A stretch of 62,505 bases of DNA, the filler included. It is 6 parts of 6 records of this genome, joined end to end, with 100 filler letters (N's around TTAATTAATTAA, not from the genome) between each part and the next. Parts side by side here need not be neighbours in the genome. Positions count along the whole stretch, not along the records: positions 56,304 to 62,505 come from DRR723986_29651; 5 more parts are not named here. One strand, given 5' to 3'. Shown piece by piece: positions 59,500 to 62,505 of this stretch. The stretch's first letter is position 1, and each line of letters begins with the position of its first letter. Position numbers and translations under genes: made by a program. The notes beneath the pieces are model-generated. The model was not told the DNA's origin, did not search any database, and worked only from the letters and a program-made list of their open reading frames with translations.

Positions 59500-59547
59500 C
59501 GCGGCAAGACCCTGCGCGAAGAGATCTTCGGACAGGGTCTTGCCGCG
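59500..59547. repeat. Long intergenic hairpin (REP-like or terminator)
   Basis: Perfect 15-bp stem CGCGGCAAGACCCTG/CAGGGTCTTGCCGCG with inner CGAAG/CTTCG. Confidence 0.65.
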
Positions 59548-59562
59548 CAATACGGGGCGAGA

Positions 59563-60252
59563 TCAGTTGGCAGTAACTTCGATGTTGTCGACACCGAAGA
59601 ATTCGTCACCGATATGCTGGTTGGCGCCAGAGGTCATTCCAAGCGCAAGCTCGGTTCCAGGATCAGCGACGGTGATCGTTACCTGTGTCACCGAGTCTCT
59701 CCAGCTGTTTGGCGAAGCCCCGCCAAGGTTGGTGCCCTCCGAGATCACCTGCGTGCTGACAGTGACCCCTTCCACATCCGGGGTCAGGAAGGTCATCGTC
59801 CCGTTGTGCAAGCCCCGCGCAAGGGTCACGGTTTGACCGTTGGTTGTGATCGTCATGACCTCGTTATCGAGACTGTCCCCGCCAATCAGGTCAAAGGTAA
59901 GCGTGGCCAAATCCGAACCCTCCGGCACGTCCAGCGTGATACCGGCGGACTCGCCGGGCCCAAGCACCAGCATTTCGCCGAGCGACTCGATCGGAGCCAT
60001 GATCGTGCCACCAATCCACCCCCCCGTGTCGCCATTGCTGAAGTCCATGGACGCAATTCGGCTTTGTCCGAACCGATCGCCGATCATGCCGGTGCCAAGC
60101 TGGGTGCCTAAGTCGCCGGACAGATCCTGCATTCCACTGGACACGACGCCGGCGGTCGCCAGCCCAAGTCCCACGACTGATGCGGTCATGACCGTCCAAT
60201 CGACGGTTACGGCACCAGCCTCATTTTTCAGGAAGATAATTACATTATTCAT
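59563..60252 (-). CDS. Flp/type IVb pilin-like N-terminus fused to an acidic beta-rich domain (paralog A)
   Basis: FLKNEAG|AVTVDWTVMTASVVGLG; C-domain FDLIGGDSLDNE...DEFFGVDN. Confidence 0.8.
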   Translation of the reverse strand: MNNVIIFLKNEAGAVTVDWTVMTASVVGLGLATAGVVSSGMQDLSGDLGTQLGTGMIGDRFGQSRIASMDFSNGDTGGWIGGTIMAPIESLGEMLVLGPGESAGITLDVPEGSDLATLTFDLIGGDSLDNEVMTITTNGQTVTLARGLHNGTMTFLTPDVEGVTVSTQVISEGTNLGGASPNSWRDSVTQVTITVADPGTELALGMTSGANQHIGDEFFGVDNIEVTAN

Positions 60253-60395
60253 GAAAGTTCCTCGACTTTTTCCATCGAGGCAGAATGTCCGAGAAATTTG
60301 GTGTTTTGTTGACCAGTTCGGGTCGAGAATGAAACGATGATCCGCAGCTCGGCAACCGGGGGTGCTTATTCGGGCGATGTGCCTTGCGTGTCCTG

Positions 60396-61016
60396 TCAGA
60401 TCTTTTTCACATGGGGGAAATCGCCAGTGGCGATATAGGCTTCCTCGTCCGGGCTCGAGGGGCGACCAAGGATCGGGTTGCGATGCGGGTGGCGGCCAAA
60501 GCGTTCGAGGATCGCACGCACCGTCTTGTTCTGAGCGCGAAAATCATCACCCATGCCGGCAATCGGGTCCGGCAGACGCAGAATGATGCGTTCGATCAGC
60601 TCATCCAGCAGGTCCATGCGTTGCAGGTGGTCAGGGCCTTCGCAATGCGAGATGGAAATGACAAAGAAGGCCTGTTCCCAGGGGCGGAGCGCGTCGAAGT
60701 CGCCATTGGCGATCCCCTCCAGCGCCAGTCGCGTGGCCTTGATGTCCTGCGCGTAGGCGGCTGGCGTGTCGCGCCAGAGCGAGCGGGGAAACTGATCGAG
60801 CGCAATCAGCAGCGCCAAGCGTCCGGGCGCTGTGTCGGCCCAGTGATCGAGCTGCCCCCGCGCGGCCGCCAAGGTCAGGTCGGCAAAGTCGCGGATAATG
60901 ACCTCATCCATGCCGCCCTGCATCCGCTCGTTCCAGAAAGCGCCATGGGTTTCGGGGGAATTCTGATGGCCATTGTCCGGGAACCAGAAGGCAAGAACAT
61001 CATCGGGGGAATACAT
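60396..61016 (-). CDS. DUF924 family protein
   Basis: DVLAFWF, LDQFPR, RFGRHPHRN; GGAG RBS before ATG 61016. Confidence 0.88.
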   Translation of the reverse strand: MYSPDDVLAFWFPDNGHQNSPETHGAFWNERMQGGMDEVIIRDFADLTLAAARGQLDHWADTAPGRLALLIALDQFPRSLWRDTPAAYAQDIKATRLALEGIANGDFDALRPWEQAFFVISISHCEGPDHLQRMDLLDELIERIILRLPDPIAGMGDDFRAQNKTVRAILERFGRHPHRNPILGRPSSPDEEAYIATGDFPHVKKI

Positions 61017-61179
61017 GGGCCACGCTCCTGCTTGCAATCGGGACAGGGTGCCATGAATGCGGGCCAGGTGCAAAACGGTTTGTCGCAGGGACGACATGGG
61101 TCGGCGTGCGGCCCGGGCAGTGCGCCGGGCCGTCACGAAGGTCGCGCAGGTGGCGGGAAAAGCAGCGTTCGGGCCTGCC

Positions 61180-61896
61180 TTAGAAACCAGGACCGCCCGT
61201 CGTGGAGGCCTCGAAATTGTCGAGCCCCCAGAATTCGTCTCCAACACCCTGGTTGGCATTCGACTGCAACTCGAACTGGATCGCAGAGGTGGGCTGATCG
61301 ACGGTGATCGTGACGCCAGCCACGGAATCGTTCCATCCACCATTGCCACCAAGGGCCCGTTCCTCGACTTCGACCGTAGCTTCGACCGTGGTGCCATCGA
61401 GCTGCGGAATTTCAAACGTCATGGAGTTACCGCTTGCCAGCGCGATGGCGACGGGCGTGCCGTTCAGCATGACAACCGCCGTATCGGTGCCCCATTGGGC
61501 GCTGTTGTCCAGACTGTCGCCGGCGACAAGATCGAACTGCATCACGGCCTCGCTGACCCCTTCCTGCACATCGACAAGGAAGCCGGTGGATTCACCCGGA
61601 CCCAACACCAGCAATTCGCCCAGTTCGCCGCCCATGTCCCGGACAGTTCCGCCAAGCCAGCCGACGGCATCGCCGCCGGAGAAATCGAATGACCCGAGCG
61701 TGAGCCGCCCGTTGCCAAACATGTTCCAGCTGTCTGATGTAAGTTCGGTGTTGATGTCGCCCGAGAGGTCTTCGACCCCTACGGTCACGACGGACATCGT
61801 CGCGATGCCAAGGCCGACAACGCCCGCGGCCAGGACAGTCATGTCGACAGTCACGGCACCGCTTTCGTCGGTCCAGAATTCGATTTTATTGGTCAT
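61180..61896 (-). CDS. Flp/type IVb pilin-like N-terminus fused to an acidic beta-rich domain (paralog B)
   Basis: FWTDESG|AVTVDMTVLAAGVVGLG; FDLVAGDSLDN...DEFWGLDN; collinear with paralog A. Confidence 0.8.
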   Translation of the reverse strand: MTNKIEFWTDESGAVTVDMTVLAAGVVGLGIATMSVVTVGVEDLSGDINTELTSDSWNMFGNGRLTLGSFDFSGGDAVGWLGGTVRDMGGELGELLVLGPGESTGFLVDVQEGVSEAVMQFDLVAGDSLDNSAQWGTDTAVVMLNGTPVAIALASGNSMTFEIPQLDGTTVEATVEVEERALGGNGGWNDSVAGVTITVDQPTSAIQFELQSNANQGVGDEFWGLDNFEASTTGGPGF

Positions 61897-61965
61897 ATTT
61901 CCCTCGCCACTGCTCGAATGACGAGGAGGATATCCATAAAAAATGGAGAAATTTGGACAGGGATA

Positions 61966-61988
61966 GGGCGCCCGTTTGCCGGGCGCCC
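61966..61988 (-). terminator. GC-rich hairpin after pyc
   Basis: GGGCGCCCG/CGGGCGCCC stem; weak U tail. Confidence 0.5.
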
Positions 61989-61994
61989 CTCGGG

Positions 61995-62505
61995 TTATTG
62001 CAACTCGACCAGCAGATCCTTGGCGTCGATCTGACCGCCGGGTGTCACATGGACGGCCTTGATCACCGCGTCGCGGTCGGCGTGAATGCCGGTTTCCATC
62101 TTCATGGCCTCGATGGTCAGCAGCAGGTCACCCTGCTTGACCGTCTGACCCGCCTGCACCGCGACCGTTGCCACAACGCCCGGCATCGGCGCGCCGACAT
62201 GATTGGGGTTGCCAAGCTCTGCCTTGGGGCGCTTGGCGGTGGCTGCCTGGACAGTGCGGTTCGGCACGCGGATCACGCGGGGCTGGCCGTTCAGTTCGAA
62301 GAAGACCTTGACCTCGCCATCCTCGTTGGTCTCACCCACCGCCTGCAATTGCACGACCAGCGTCTTGCCGGGGTCGATCTCGGCCTCGATCTCTTCGCCC
62401 GGCTCCATGCCGTAAAAGAAGGTCTTTGTGGGCAGGGTCCGCACCGGGCCATATTCCGCATGTCGCGCGCGGTAGTCGGTGAAGACCTTGGGATACATGA
62501 GGTAG
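61995..62505 (-). CDS. pyc: Pyruvate carboxylase, C-terminal part
   Basis: MYPKVF, FELNGQPR, biotinyl motif EAMKME. Confidence 0.93.
   Translation of the reverse strand, partial: YLMYPKVFTDYRARHAEYGPVRTLPTKTFFYGMEPGEEIEAEIDPGKTLVVQLQAVGETNEDGEVKVFFELNGQPRVIRVPNRTVQAATAKRPKAELGNPNHVGAPMPGVVATVAVQAGQTVKQGDLLLTIEAMKMETGIHADRDAVIKAVHVTPGGQIDAKDLLVELQ

Noticed and set aside
61017-61415. 133-aa N-terminal extension of DUF924 overlapping pilin fusion B
   Set aside because: The extension overlaps another gene out of frame; the DUF924 motif and the RBS begin at 61016.

Overview
This window is not one locus. It is six unrelated contigs joined by 100-nt N spacers that each carry TTAATTAATTAA (13444-13543, 20411-20510, 27439-27538, 33931-34030, 56204-56303); taxonomic labels below are inferred from gene content and composition. 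(1) 1-13443, Rhodobacteraceae-like: detoxification genes (GST, MFS pump, AhpD-like protein, two VOC proteins) and partial parE. Two of these genes have SoxR/MerR-type promoters with 19-bp spacers. The cluster is interrupted by lower-GC inserts (ankyrin-like secreted protein, small Cys/His protein, four-gene signalling module) whose edges carry copies of one 30-nt imperfect palindrome. (2) 13544-20410, Marinobacter-like: TRAP permease and thrS-infC-rpmI-rplT-pheS, with an anticodon-mimic thrS operator and an ATT start for infC. (3) 20511-27438: tRNA-Ser 3' end, a sulfotransferase and a giant truncated CSLREA/beta-helix adhesin. (4) 27539-33930, Roseibium/Labrenzia-like: ileS with a candidate Ile-rich leader peptide, GT87, DMT, ribF, MaoC, cheY-cheZ. 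(5) 34031-56203, Flavobacteriales-like Bacteroidota: housekeeping and envelope genes, two PorE-like proteins, a LolE-like permease with an extra domain, a PIN toxin-antitoxin pair, PadR-PspC, and a monocistronic acidic Cys-pentapeptide-repeat lipoprotein. (6) 56304-62505, Rhodobacteraceae-like: tRNA-Gly fragment, TerC, AEC, MAPEG, phosphodiesterase, two Flp-pilin fusions, DUF924 and partial pyc. The best candidates for new biology are the palindrome-bounded cassettes, the Cys-repeat lipopeptide, the ileS leader, the Flp fusions and the sulfotransferase-adhesin pair. All calls come from reading the sequence; no database searches were run.
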